Shown here in pieces: positions 26,875 through 37,195 of a stretch of DNA of 64,000 nt (position 1 is the first letter of the stretch; each line of letters opens with the position of its first letter). Source of the DNA: Bacilli bacterium (lineage in GTDB: Bacteria > Bacillota_I > Bacilli_A > RF39 > UBA660); contig JAFUBO010000006.1 in NCBI GenBank assembly GCA_017460175.1, positions 55,383 through 119,382 on the forward strand, read 5' to 3'. Both the position numbers and the translations under genes were made by a program. A model generated the notes under the pieces. It was not told the DNA's origin. It saw only the letters and a program-made list of their open reading frames with translations, and searched no databases.

Positions 26875-28827
26875 ATGGCTTTTGAACTTGTATCTAATTA
26901 TAAACCTAGTGGAGATCAACCTAAAGCTATAAAAGAATTAGTTGCTGGATTAAATTCAGGTACAAAGGAACAGGTCCTATTAGGTGCTACTGGAACAGGT
27001 AAAACATTTACTATTGCCAATGTAATTAAAGAAGTAAATAAACCTACTTTAGTACTTGCTCATAATAAAACTTTAGCTGGACAATTATATAGTGAATTAA
27101 AAGAATTATTTCCTAATAATAGAGTAGAATACTTTGTATCTTATTACGATTATTATCAACCAGAAGCATATGTACCATCTACTGATACTTATATAGAAAA
27201 AGATTCATCAATTAATGATGAAATAGATGAGCTTCGTCACGCTGCAACTTCTGCATTGATTTCAAGACGTGATGTCATAGTAGTAGCTAGTGTGTCTTGT
27301 ATCTATGGTATTGGAGAAGTTGATGAATATAAAAATAAAATGATTACTTTAACAGTGGGAGAAACTATCTCAAGAAATGAAGTTCTACAAAAACTAGTAG
27401 ATATGTTATATGAAAGAAATGATTTAGATTTTAAAAGAGGTACATTTAGAGTAAGAGGAGATGTATTGGAAATAATTCCTGCTTACCAAAGAGCAAGTGG
27501 TTATCGTATAGAATTCTTTGGTGATGAAATAGATAGAATAAGTGAGATTGATGCTTTAACTGGAGTAGTATCTAAGAATGTTAAAAATGTTTCTATATTC
27601 CCAGCAAGTCACTTCGTAACAAGTGATGAAAAACTAAAAGCTGGAATTGAACGAATAAAATTAGAATTACAAGATAGATTAAAATACTTAAAAGAAAATA
27701 ATAAATTATTAGCGGCAGAACGATTAGAACAAAGAACCAATTATGATATAGAAATGTTAGAAGAAACAGGTTTCTGTAGTGGAGTAGAAAACTATTCAGC
27801 ACCAATGGCAGGTCGTCTACCTGGAGAAACTCCAACTACATTAATGGATTTCTTCCCAGACGATTATTTATTAGTTGTAGATGAATCCCATGTAACACTT
27901 CCTCAAGTAAGAGGTATGTATAATGGAGATAGATCAAGAAAACAAAATCTAGTTGATTATGGATTTAGATTACCTAGTGCATTAGATAATAGACCATTAA
28001 AATATGATGAATTTGAAAAGAAAATAAATCAAGTAATTTATGTATCAGCAACACCAGGTGATTTAGAACTAGAACATACTCATGGTAAATATGTAGAACA
28101 AATTATTCGTCCTACAGGATTACTTGATCCAACTATTGAAGTTAGAAAAACAGAAGGACAAATAGATGACTTAGTAGGTGAAATTAACGATAGAATTAAG
28201 AAAAATGAAAGAGTTCTTATCACAACACTTACTATTCGTATGGCTGAAGAATTAACTAATTATCTAAAAGAATTAGATATCAAAGTAGCATATCTTCATA
28301 CCGAAGTTAAAACATTAGAAAGAATGCAAATAATACATGATTTAAGAACTGGTAAATATGACTGTGTCGTAGGTATTAACTTATTAAGAGAAGGTATAGA
28401 TATCCCAGAAGTAAGTTTAATAGCCATCCTAGATGCTGATAAAGAAGGATTCTTAAGAAGTACTAGAAGTTTAATCCAAACAGCTGGACGTTGTGCAAGA
28501 AATGCCAATGGTCATGTAATAATGTATGGAGATAAAATAACAGACTCTATGAGGCAAGCAATAGAAGAAACAGCTCGTCGTAGATCTATTCAAGAAAAAT
28601 ATAATGAAGAACATAATATTACTCCAAAAACTATTATTAAAGACATAAGAGAAGTAATTAGTAATACTGATCTAAATAAAGAAACTAAGACTAAGAAATT
28701 AACTAAGAAAGAAATAGCTCATAATATGGAAGTAATTGAGCAAGAAATGAGAGAAGCAGCACGAAACTTAGACTTCGAAAGAGCTATGGAATTACGTGAT
28801 ATCTTATTTGAAATGAAGAGTAATTAA
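26875..28827 (+). CDS. uvrB: Excinuclease ABC subunit B
   Basis: [26 protein letters not shown]-terminal UVR domain. Confidence 0.99.
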   Translation: MAFELVSNYKPSGDQPKAIKELVAGLNSGTKEQVLLGATGTGKTFTIANVIKEVNKPTLVLAHNKTLAGQLYSELKELFPNNRVEYFVSYYDYYQPEAYVPSTDTYIEKDSSINDEIDELRHAATSALISRRDVIVVASVSCIYGIGEVDEYKNKMITLTVGETISRNEVLQKLVDMLYERNDLDFKRGTFRVRGDVLEIIPAYQRASGYRIEFFGDEIDRISEIDALTGVVSKNVKNVSIFPASHFVTSDEKLKAGIERIKLELQDRLKYLKENNKLLAAERLEQRTNYDIEMLEETGFCSGVENYSAPMAGRLPGETPTTLMDFFPDDYLLVVDESHVTLPQVRGMYNGDRSRKQNLVDYGFRLPSALDNRPLKYDEFEKKINQVIYVSATPGDLELEHTHGKYVEQIIRPTGLLDPTIEVRKTEGQIDDLVGEINDRIKKNERVLITTLTIRMAEELTNYLKELDIKVAYLHTEVKTLERMQIIHDLRTGKYDCVVGINLLREGIDIPEVSLIAILDADKEGFLRSTRSLIQTAGRCARNANGHVIMYGDKITDSMRQAIEETARRRSIQEKYNEEHNITPKTIIKDIREVISNTDLNKETKTKKLTKKEIAHNMEVIEQEMREAARNLDFERAMELRDILFEMKSN

Positions 28828-28828
28828 T

Positions 28829-29659
28829 ATGAAAAAATATAAAAAAATATATATAGAAATAACTAATAATTGTAATTTAAATTGTAGTTTCTGTAGTGAA
28901 GTCAAAAAGCCTCGTATGAATATGACTTTAGATGAATTTGATTTAATTCTAAATAAGATAAAAGGATTTACTGATTATATATATCTTCATGTAAAAGGAG
29001 AACCTCTAGTACATAAAGATATAATAGAATTTATTAATAAGGCAAATGAATATGATTTAAAAGTAAATCTAACTACTAATGGAACTCTTTTTAATAAGTA
29101 TGCTAAAGAACTAGGTAAATGTAAAAACTTAAAAAAAATAAACTTCTCACTACACTGTGAACATAATAAAGATAATTATTTAGAAGATATATTTGATAAT
29201 ATAAAATACTTATCAAAGGATACTACAGTAATTTATAGATTATGGACTTTAAAAGATAATAAATTAGATGAAAAATCCACAAAAATAGTGGATAAAATAA
29301 AAGATTATTATAATTTATCCACAGAAACTGTTAATAAAATAAAAAATGAAAATAATGTAAAAATTTCTTCCACAATTTATGTGGATAAAGATAACGAATT
29401 TATTTGGCCAACTGTTAATAACTATAGAAGTAATGGATATTGCTATGGTCTAAATACTCATATTGCTATTCTAGTAGATGGCACAGTAGTACCATGTTGC
29501 TTAGATTCTAATGGAGTAATAGATTTAGGTAATATCTATAAAGATAATTTAGAAGATATTATTAATAGTGATAGATATCAAAACTTATTAAAATCTTTTA
29601 GAGATAGAAAACCGTGTGAAGAACTATGTAAGTCATGTATATTTAAAGAAAGATTTTAA
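28829..29659 (+). CDS. Radical SAM/SPASM domain protein
   Basis: CNLNCSFC; C-terminal CYG...DGTVVPCC...CKSC. Confidence 0.9.
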   Translation: MKKYKKIYIEITNNCNLNCSFCSEVKKPRMNMTLDEFDLILNKIKGFTDYIYLHVKGEPLVHKDIIEFINKANEYDLKVNLTTNGTLFNKYAKELGKCKNLKKINFSLHCEHNKDNYLEDIFDNIKYLSKDTTVIYRLWTLKDNKLDEKSTKIVDKIKDYYNLSTETVNKIKNENNVKISSTIYVDKDNEFIWPTVNNYRSNGYCYGLNTHIAILVDGTVVPCCLDSNGVIDLGNIYKDNLEDIINSDRYQNLLKSFRDRKPCEELCKSCIFKERF

Positions 29660-29740
29660 TTTACAAAAGTAAATAATTATAATACTCTATAAATAGAGAG
29701 GACAGTCTGATTGGTTCTAGACGCCTTTCCTTTCGGGTTG

Positions 29741-29773
29741 CGCATCTGAAAAATCATTTTCAGATGCTTTTTT
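29741..29773 (+). terminator. Intrinsic terminator
   Basis: GCATCTGAAAA/TTTTCAGATGC stem followed by T-tract. Confidence 0.8.
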
Positions 29774-29929
29774 CTATCTAAACAATAGTATTCCTATTAG
29801 AATAAATAGAAGAAGAATTTCTTCTACCATAGATTTTCTAAAAAACTTTTATTTTTTTAATAAAAAAGTAAATACTATTTATATAGTATTTTTCTTTTTT
29901 ATGATATAATATGCGAAGAGGTGTTTACT

Positions 29930-32743
29930 ATGGATAAAATTATAATTAAAGGTGCACGAGAAAATAACTTAAAAAATATTAATATCGAATTACCTAAAAA
30001 TAAGTTAATAGTTATGACAGGTTTATCAGGTTCTGGTAAATCTTCTTTAGCGTTCGATACTATTTATGCTGAAGGACAAAGAAGATATGTAGAAAGTTTA
30101 TCTGCTTATGCTAGACAATTTTTAGGGAACTCAGAAAAACCTGATGTAGACTCTATTGAAGGACTTTCTCCTGCTATATCCATAGATCAAAAAACTACTA
30201 ATAATAATCCAAGAAGTACCGTAGGTACTGTTACTGAAATATATGATTATTTAAGACTTGTTTTTGCTCGTTGTGGAGTTCCATACTGTCCTAATCATAA
30301 TATTCCAATAACTAGTCAATCAGTAGAAGAAATGACTAATAAAATTATGGAATATCCTATTGGTACTAAGATGGTTATAATGTCACCTGTAGTACATGGA
30401 GAAAAAGGTACTCATAAAGATTTATTTGAAAAATTAAGAAAAGATGGATTTGTAAGAGTAAGAGTTAACGATGAAATGTATGATTTATCAGAAGAGATTA
30501 ATTTAGATAAAAATACTAAAGATAAAATAGATGTAGTTATAGATAGAATTGTATTAAAAGAAGAATCAAGAAGTAGATTATTTGAATCAATTGAACAAGC
30601 TACTAAATTATCTCATGGTAAAGTAGTAATAAGTATATTAGGAGATAATGCTAAAGAATTAGTTTTCTCAGAACAATTTGCTTGTCCTCATTGTGAATTT
30701 TCATTACCTGAACTAGAACCAAGACTATTTAGTTTCAATGCCCCATATGGAGCATGTCCTGATTGTAAAGGTTTAGGTTCAAAACAACAAATAGATGTAG
30801 ATTTATTAATTCCAGATGAGACTAAATCATTAAGAGATGGTTGTATTAAAACTCTTACAGATGATCCTGAAGCAATAGAATTTATGGAATTAGAATGCTT
30901 ATGCAAACATTATAAGATTGATATGACTTCTCCTTGGAAAAAATTATCTAATAAAGCAAAAGATTTAATTTTATATGGTAGTGATGAACCTATAAGAATT
31001 AATTATTCAACACGTGGTGGTATTAAAAGAGATAAAATAGATTTCTATGAAGGAATAGTTAATAGATTAGAACGCCGTCATATGGATACAACATCAACTT
31101 GGATAAGAGAATGGCTAGATAACTATATGGTAGATCACACTTGTGATACATGTCATGGTGCTAGACTTAATTGGGATGTCCTACAAGTTAAATTAGGTAA
31201 AAAGAATATCTTTGAAGTGACAGAAATGTCTATTAAAGATTTAATACCATTCTTTGAAAACTTAAAATTATCAAAAGAAAAAGAAGAAATTGCAAAATTA
31301 GTAATAAAAGAAATTCTAGATAGACTACACTTCTTAGAAAATGTTGGATTAGGTTATCTTACATTAAGTAGAAATGCAGGTTCTTTATCTGGTGGAGAAG
31401 CACAACGTATTAGATTAGCTACTCAAATAGGTTCAAGATTAAGTGGAGTTTTATATGTATTAGATGAACCTAGTATTGGGCTTCATCAAAGAGATAATGA
31501 AAAACTAATTAAATCATTACTTGAAATGAGAGATTTAGGAAATACATTAATAGTAGTAGAACATGATACTGATACAATGCTTGCTAGTGACTACTTAGTA
31601 GATATTGGTCCAGGTGCTGGAGATAAAGGTGGTTATGTAGTAGCAGCCGGTACTCCAGAAGAAGTAATGAAAAATAAAGATAGTATAACAGGACAATATT
31701 TAAGTGGAAAATTATGTATTGAAGTTCCAAAAACAAGAAGAAAAGGTTTGAAAAAATATCTAAAAATTAAAGGAGCTAAAGAAAATAACTTAAAAAATAT
31801 AGATGTAGACATACCTTTAGGTACATTTACTTGTGTAACAGGAGTAAGTGGTAGTGGTAAATCATCTTTAGTAAACGAAATACTTGTAAAAGCATTATCT
31901 AAAAAAATTTATAACTCAAAAGAAAAACCTGGTAAGCATGATAAAATACTAGGAACAGATAATATAGATAAAATAGTAGCTATATCACAAAATCCAATAG
32001 GAAGAACTCCAAGAAGTAATCCAGCTACTTATACAGGTGTATTTGATGATATACGTGAATTATTCACAACAACAAAAGAAGCTAAGATGCATGGATTTGA
32101 AAAAAACAGATTCTCATTCAATGTAAAAGGTGGAAGATGTGAAGCTTGTCGTGGTGATGGTGTTAAGAAAATAGAAATGCATTTCCTACCAGATGTTTAT
32201 GTTCCTTGTGAAGTATGTCATGGTACAAGGTATAATACAGATACATTAAATATAAGATACAAAGGTAAAAATATTGCAGATATTTTAGATATGCGTGTTA
32301 CTGAAGCTTTAGAATTCTTTGAAAATGTTCCAAAAATAAAAAGAAAACTACAAGTAATTGAAGATGTAGGACTTGGCTACATTAAACTAGGACAAAGTGC
32401 TCCAACACTATCAGGTGGAGAAGCAGAACGTGTTAAACTAGCAAAGGAACTACAAAAAATATCAACAGGGAAAACACTTTATGTCTTAGATGAACCAACG
32501 ACAGGATTACATACTGATGATATTAAGCGTTTACTTGCAATTTTACAAAAAATGGTAGATAATAAAAACACAGTAGTAGTAATAGAACATAACTTAGATG
32601 TTATTAAAACAGCAGACTACATTATAGACTTAGGTCCTGAGGGGGGAGATTTAGGTGGTACTTTAGTAGCTTGCGGTACTCCAGAAGAAGTATCTAAAGT
32701 GAAAGAATCTTACACAGGACAGTTTTTAAAGAAAATACTATAG
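29930..32743 (+). CDS. uvrA: Excinuclease ABC subunit A
   Basis: GARENNLKN, two ABC cassettes (GLSGSGKSS, GVSGSGKSS; LSGGE), zinc fingers. Confidence 0.99.
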   Translation: MDKIIIKGARENNLKNINIELPKNKLIVMTGLSGSGKSSLAFDTIYAEGQRRYVESLSAYARQFLGNSEKPDVDSIEGLSPAISIDQKTTNNNPRSTVGTVTEIYDYLRLVFARCGVPYCPNHNIPITSQSVEEMTNKIMEYPIGTKMVIMSPVVHGEKGTHKDLFEKLRKDGFVRVRVNDEMYDLSEEINLDKNTKDKIDVVIDRIVLKEESRSRLFESIEQATKLSHGKVVISILGDNAKELVFSEQFACPHCEFSLPELEPRLFSFNAPYGACPDCKGLGSKQQIDVDLLIPDETKSLRDGCIKTLTDDPEAIEFMELECLCKHYKIDMTSPWKKLSNKAKDLILYGSDEPIRINYSTRGGIKRDKIDFYEGIVNRLERRHMDTTSTWIREWLDNYMVDHTCDTCHGARLNWDVLQVKLGKKNIFEVTEMSIKDLIPFFENLKLSKEKEEIAKLVIKEILDRLHFLENVGLGYLTLSRNAGSLSGGEAQRIRLATQIGSRLSGVLYVLDEPSIGLHQRDNEKLIKSLLEMRDLGNTLIVVEHDTDTMLASDYLVDIGPGAGDKGGYVVAAGTPEEVMKNKDSITGQYLSGKLCIEVPKTRRKGLKKYLKIKGAKENNLKNIDVDIPLGTFTCVTGVSGSGKSSLVNEILVKALSKKIYNSKEKPGKHDKILGTDNIDKIVAISQNPIGRTPRSNPATYTGVFDDIRELFTTTKEAKMHGFEKNRFSFNVKGGRCEACRGDGVKKIEMHFLPDVYVPCEVCHGTRYNTDTLNIRYKGKNIADILDMRVTEALEFFENVPKIKRKLQVIEDVGLGYIKLGQSAPTLSGGEAERVKLAKELQKISTGKTLYVLDEPTTGLHTDDIKRLLAILQKMVDNKNTVVVIEHNLDVIKTADYIIDLGPEGGDLGGTLVACGTPEEVSKVKESYTGQFLKKIL

Positions 32744-32753
32744 AGGTGAGATA

Positions 32754-33179
32754 ATGCAACTAGTAATTAAAGATAAAAACAAATTAAGAATTAATAGATT
32801 ATTTGATTGGTTAATTCATATGATAGGATACACTATAGTTTTTATAGGAGTTACTAGTTTCTTTTCATCAATTTATATAGACAATAATCATTTAATTATA
32901 TGGTCAGCAATTATTGTATTAATAATATATATATTAAATAAAACAATTAAACCAATACTTGTAACTTTGACTATTCCAATTACAGGAATAACTTTAGGAT
33001 TATTTTATCCATTTATAAACTTATTTATTTTAAAATTAGTAGATTGGATATTAGGAAAGCATTTTCAATTATATGATATTTGGATCGCATTATTAGTCGC
33101 AATATTACTATCAGTAATTAATTTTATAATGGACAGAATAATAAAAAAAATTATTGGAAAGGTAAAGAAATATGAATAG
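32754..33179 (+). CDS. YvlD-like 4-TM phage holin family membrane protein
   Basis: LNKTIKPILVTLTIPITGITLGLF motif; conserved position after uvrA. Confidence 0.8.
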   Translation: MQLVIKDKNKLRINRLFDWLIHMIGYTIVFIGVTSFFSSIYIDNNHLIIWSAIIVLIIYILNKTIKPILVTLTIPITGITLGLFYPFINLFILKLVDWILGKHFQLYDIWIALLVAILLSVINFIMDRIIKKIIGKVKKYE

Positions 33180-33972
33180 TACTTTATTTGAATTTGGATT
33201 TATAAAAGTAAAGTGGTATTCTTTCTTTATTTTTATAGGAGTCTTAGTAGCTTTATTTATAATAATAAAAGAATATAAAAAGAAAGAAAATAGTATTGAT
33301 GAATTAACAGATTTATTATTCTATGGAATAATAATAGGTATTTTAGGAGCAAGAATTTACTACGTATTATTTAATTTAGAGTATTATTTATCAAATCCAA
33401 TTGAAATAATACAAATATGGAATGGTGGACTAGCCATACATGGAGGAATAATCGCAACTCTTATATTTTTATTTATATATTGTAAGAAAAAAAACGTGAA
33501 TTTTCTTCTTATATTAGATATACTAGTAGTAGGAGTAATAATTGCTCAAAGTATTGGTAGATGGGGCAACTTTTTCAACGGCGAAGCTTATGGAAGAATA
33601 GTAACTTTAAACTTTTTAAAAAATCTTCATTTACCTAGATTCATTATTAATGGAATGTATATAGATGGCTTTTATAGAGAACCAACATTCTTATATGAAT
33701 CAGTATTATCATTATTAGGATTTATAGTATTACTTCTAATAAGAAAAATAAAAACACTAAAAGTAGGACAATTAACAGGAATATATTTTATATGGTATGG
33801 AATAGAGAGATTTATAATAGAAACATTTAGAAGTGATTCTTTATTAATTGGTAATATAAAACAAGCTCAAATAGTTTCAATTATTTCTTGTATAGTTGGA
33901 ATATATTTACTTTTTAAGAATATAAAAAGTAATAAACTATACAAGGAGGAGAAAATATTCTTAGAAAAGTAG
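33172..33972 (+). CDS. lgt: Prolipoprotein diacylglyceryl transferase
   Basis: GARIYYV, GGLAIHGG, GRWGNFFNGEAYG, PTFLYES. Confidence 0.97.
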   Translation: MNSTLFEFGFIKVKWYSFFIFIGVLVALFIIIKEYKKKENSIDELTDLLFYGIIIGILGARIYYVLFNLEYYLSNPIEIIQIWNGGLAIHGGIIATLIFLFIYCKKKNVNFLLILDILVVGVIIAQSIGRWGNFFNGEAYGRIVTLNFLKNLHLPRFIINGMYIDGFYREPTFLYESVLSLLGFIVLLLIRKIKTLKVGQLTGIYFIWYGIERFIIETFRSDSLLIGNIKQAQIVSIISCIVGIYLLFKNIKSNKLYKEEKIFLEK

Positions 33973-33980
33973 GAGGAAGT

Positions 33981-34937
33981 ATGTATAAAAAAGTAGTAGT
34001 AATGGGTGGAGGAACAGGAATGAGTTTCCTTCTTAGAGGATTAAAAGATTTTCCGGTAGATATAACTGCAGTTATCACAGTATCAGATAATGGTAGATCA
34101 ACTGGTAGATTAAGAGAAGAATTTCATACACCAGCAGTAGGTGATATAAGAAAAGTAGTTACTAATCTAAGTCAAACAGATGAAGCAATTAAAGATATGA
34201 TGTCCTATAGATTTAAAACATCAAGTGATTTAGATGGTCATGCAGTAGGAAATTTAATCCTAACAGCTATGTTAGATATTACTGGTAGTTTAACAGACTC
34301 CATTAAACATTTAAGTAAACTACTAGATGTACGTCATAAAGTATTACCTATATCAGAAGATTCTGATTTAACTTTAATGGGTAAAGATATTAATGGTCAT
34401 ATTGTAGAGGGTGAAGAAGAAATTACTATGTGGCCTAAAAAAATAGAAAAAATATATTATAAACATGAACCTAAAGTTTTACCTCAAGTATTAAACGAAA
34501 TAAAAAAAGCAGATTTAATAATATTCAGTATGGGTAGTTTATATACAAGTGTACTACCAAATATAATCTGTAAAGAAGTAAAAAAAGTTTTAAATGAAGC
34601 AAAAGCTCCTATAATGTATTTATCTAACATTGTTACTCAACCAGGTGAAACAGATGGATTTACCGTAGGAGATCATATAAAATTAATTAATAGATATTTA
34701 GATAAACGAAAAGTAGATGTAGTCATTGCAAGTAATACAAAAATATCAGAAACTATGGCAAAAAAATATGAAACAGAAGAACAGAAAGATCCAGTTTTAA
34801 TTGATTATGATGAAATTAAAAAAATTGGGGTAGAACTAATTGAAGATGATCTAATGATTATTGATGAAGATAATACATTAAAACATGATAGTCTAAAATT
34901 AAGTTCAGTTATCTTTTCATATTTAATGAGAAAATAA
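33981..34937 (+). CDS. yvcK: Gluconeogenesis factor YvcK/GlmR family
   Basis: GGGTG, VSDNGRSTGRLR, GDIR, GSLYTS. Confidence 0.93.
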   Translation: MYKKVVVMGGGTGMSFLLRGLKDFPVDITAVITVSDNGRSTGRLREEFHTPAVGDIRKVVTNLSQTDEAIKDMMSYRFKTSSDLDGHAVGNLILTAMLDITGSLTDSIKHLSKLLDVRHKVLPISEDSDLTLMGKDINGHIVEGEEEITMWPKKIEKIYYKHEPKVLPQVLNEIKKADLIIFSMGSLYTSVLPNIICKEVKKVLNEAKAPIMYLSNIVTQPGETDGFTVGDHIKLINRYLDKRKVDVVIASNTKISETMAKKYETEEQKDPVLIDYDEIKKIGVELIEDDLMIIDEDNTLKHDSLKLSSVIFSYLMRK

Positions 34938-34938
34938 A

Positions 34939-35880
34939 ATGTCTTATACCGTTAGCATAAAAGAAGAAATATCAAACATTAATAGTAACAAATCAGAACT
35001 TATTGCTGAATTATCAGGATATATAAGAAATAATGGTGATATTTCCAAAGATAAAATAACAATGACTACAGAAAATAATTTTATTGTAGAGAGAGTAACA
35101 AATACAATTAAAGATATTTATGATATTAAACCTACAGTAAAAATAATAGAAAATTTAAATTTTAGTAAAAAAAATTTATATCAAATCACAATATCTGAAA
35201 ATACTAACACCATTTTAAAAACATTAGGGATAGTTGATGATAATAATAATTATTTAGATACAGTACCAAACTATATAGTTGGAGGTAATGAAGAAATAAG
35301 AGGTTACCTAAGAGGAGTATTTAATGGTGTAGGTAGTATTAATGATCCTAAGAAATCAAGATATCATATGGAACTATTAATGAGTAGACCAGAAGAATCA
35401 GTATTTGTCCAAAAATTATTAAATCTTTTTGATCTGAATGCTAAAATATTAAATAGAGATAAAGGATATATGATATATATAAAAGAAGCAGAAAAAATAA
35501 GTGACTTTTTAAAAATATTAGGTGCAAACAAAGCCGTAATGTATTATGAAGATGTAAGAGTATATCGTGATAAAAAGAATAAAACAAATAGATTAAATAA
35601 TTGTGAACAAGCAAATATGGATAAAATAATAGAAACAGCTACTGCACAATTAGAAGATATTGATGTAATTGAAAAAAATGATGGAGTAGTTTTATTAGAT
35701 GATAAAGTAAAAGAAGTACTTAATTATCGTAAAAAATACCCTGAAGCATCTTTAAAAGAACTTGCAGAAATAATTTCATTAGAAACAAATAAATCCATAA
35801 CTAAATCAGGTTTAAATCATAGATTAAGAAAACTAAAAGAGTTAGCAGATGGATTTAGAAAAATGAATAAAGGAGATTAA
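34939..35880 (+). CDS. whiA: DNA-binding protein WhiA
   Basis: LRGVF..GSINDP, NRLNNCEQAN, TKSGLNHRLRK. Confidence 0.95.
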   Translation: MSYTVSIKEEISNINSNKSELIAELSGYIRNNGDISKDKITMTTENNFIVERVTNTIKDIYDIKPTVKIIENLNFSKKNLYQITISENTNTILKTLGIVDDNNNYLDTVPNYIVGGNEEIRGYLRGVFNGVGSINDPKKSRYHMELLMSRPEESVFVQKLLNLFDLNAKILNRDKGYMIYIKEAEKISDFLKILGANKAVMYYEDVRVYRDKKNKTNRLNNCEQANMDKIIETATAQLEDIDVIEKNDGVVLLDDKVKEVLNYRKKYPEASLKELAEIISLETNKSITKSGLNHRLRKLKELADGFRKMNKGD

Positions 35881-35883
35881 AAA

Positions 35884-36498
35884 ATGTTTTGTAAGAATTG
35901 TGGAAAAGAAATCAAAGATAATGAACAATTTTGTGCTGAATGTGGAACAAAAAAAAGTAATGTTGAAAAGAAAGAAACACCTAAAAAAAGTAATATAGGA
36001 CTAATTACAGGATTAATTATAGGTGGATCAATTTTAGTTATAATAGTAATTGGATTTATACTAAATTTAGTATTATCAAATACAAAAAATAATTTATTAG
36101 AAAATACAACATGGAAAGCTTCAGATAATTCCCAAGCTATATTTACTAGTGATAGAATTGATTGGTATAAAACACCAGGAGATAAAAATAATTATTATTC
36201 TGGAACATATAAATTCTATATTGGAGAAGATGCTATAAAACACATCACTACAGAATTATCGAATTATGGAGTAACACAAGAAGAAATTGAAGGTGTAATA
36301 TCTAGAAATGTTCAATATTCAAAGAGTAATTTTGTAGTTGTAGATATTACATATGATAAATACGTATTAAACGGAAAAGAAATGACAATAGCAAAACCAC
36401 AAGTACCATGGTTTGGATTTATAGTAGATGATAATAAGATATTAGATGTAGCTAATATGAATACTGGTACATATATTACATTTACAAAAGAAAAGTAA
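35884..36498 (+). CDS. Zinc-ribbon domain membrane protein
   Basis: MFCKNCG...FCAECGT then a TM helix. Confidence 0.8.
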   Translation: MFCKNCGKEIKDNEQFCAECGTKKSNVEKKETPKKSNIGLITGLIIGGSILVIIVIGFILNLVLSNTKNNLLENTTWKASDNSQAIFTSDRIDWYKTPGDKNNYYSGTYKFYIGEDAIKHITTELSNYGVTQEEIEGVISRNVQYSKSNFVVVDITYDKYVLNGKEMTIAKPQVPWFGFIVDDNKILDVANMNTGTYITFTKEK

Positions 36499-36523
36499 AA
36501 AATATCTATATTTAGATATTTTT

Positions 36524-37093
36524 TTATATTATTTTATCTACAAGACCATATTCAATTGCTTCTTTAGCATTTAAGTAATTATCTCTATCTGTATCCTTTT
36601 CAATAGTTTTAATATTCTTCTTAGTATTTTTTGATAATATAGTATTTAACCTATCTTTTAAATCTAATATCCTATCTGTCGCAATTTTTATGTCACTAGC
36701 CTGTCCTTCAGATTTACCTAATACTTGATGAATCATAACATCAGCATTTTTTAAAATAAATCTTTTATCTTTTTTACCACTAGATAAAATTACAGCAGCC
36801 ATACTAGCACATATTCCATAACAAATAGTATTAACATCACTTTTAACAAAATTCATAGTATCATAAATAGCTAAACCTGATGTAACACTTCCACCTGGAG
36901 AATTAATATATAAAGAAATATCTTCATGTGAAATAGAATCTAAATATAACAATTGTGCTACAACAGAATTACTTAAACTATCATCTATTTCTCCAGTTAT
37001 AAAAACAATTCTGTTTTTTAATAATCTAGAATAAATATCATAACTTCTTTCTCCATCATCTTCTTTATCTAAAACAATTGGAATTAAATTCAT
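36524..37093 (-). CDS. clpP: ATP-dependent Clp protease proteolytic subunit
   Basis: ERSYDIYSRLL, YINSPGG, CASM, MIHQ, DTDRD. Confidence 0.96.
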   Translation of the reverse strand: MNLIPIVLDKEDDGERSYDIYSRLLKNRIVFITGEIDDSLSNSVVAQLLYLDSISHEDISLYINSPGGSVTSGLAIYDTMNFVKSDVNTICYGICASMAAVILSSGKKDKRFILKNADVMIHQVLGKSEGQASDIKIATDRILDLKDRLNTILSKNTKKNIKTIEKDTDRDNYLNAKEAIEYGLVDKII

Positions 37094-37195
37094 AAAAATC
37101 ACCTATAATATAGTATAGTGTCAAATAATTAATTTATTCATATTATATTTAGACAAAATATGTTATACTAAATTATAAGAATAGGGAGTGGTAAA

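Noticed and set aside
29775-29830. Short hydrophobic minus-strand reading (KKILLLFILIGILLFR) as a type I toxin
   Set aside because: Preceded by an in-frame stop with no start codon or RBS
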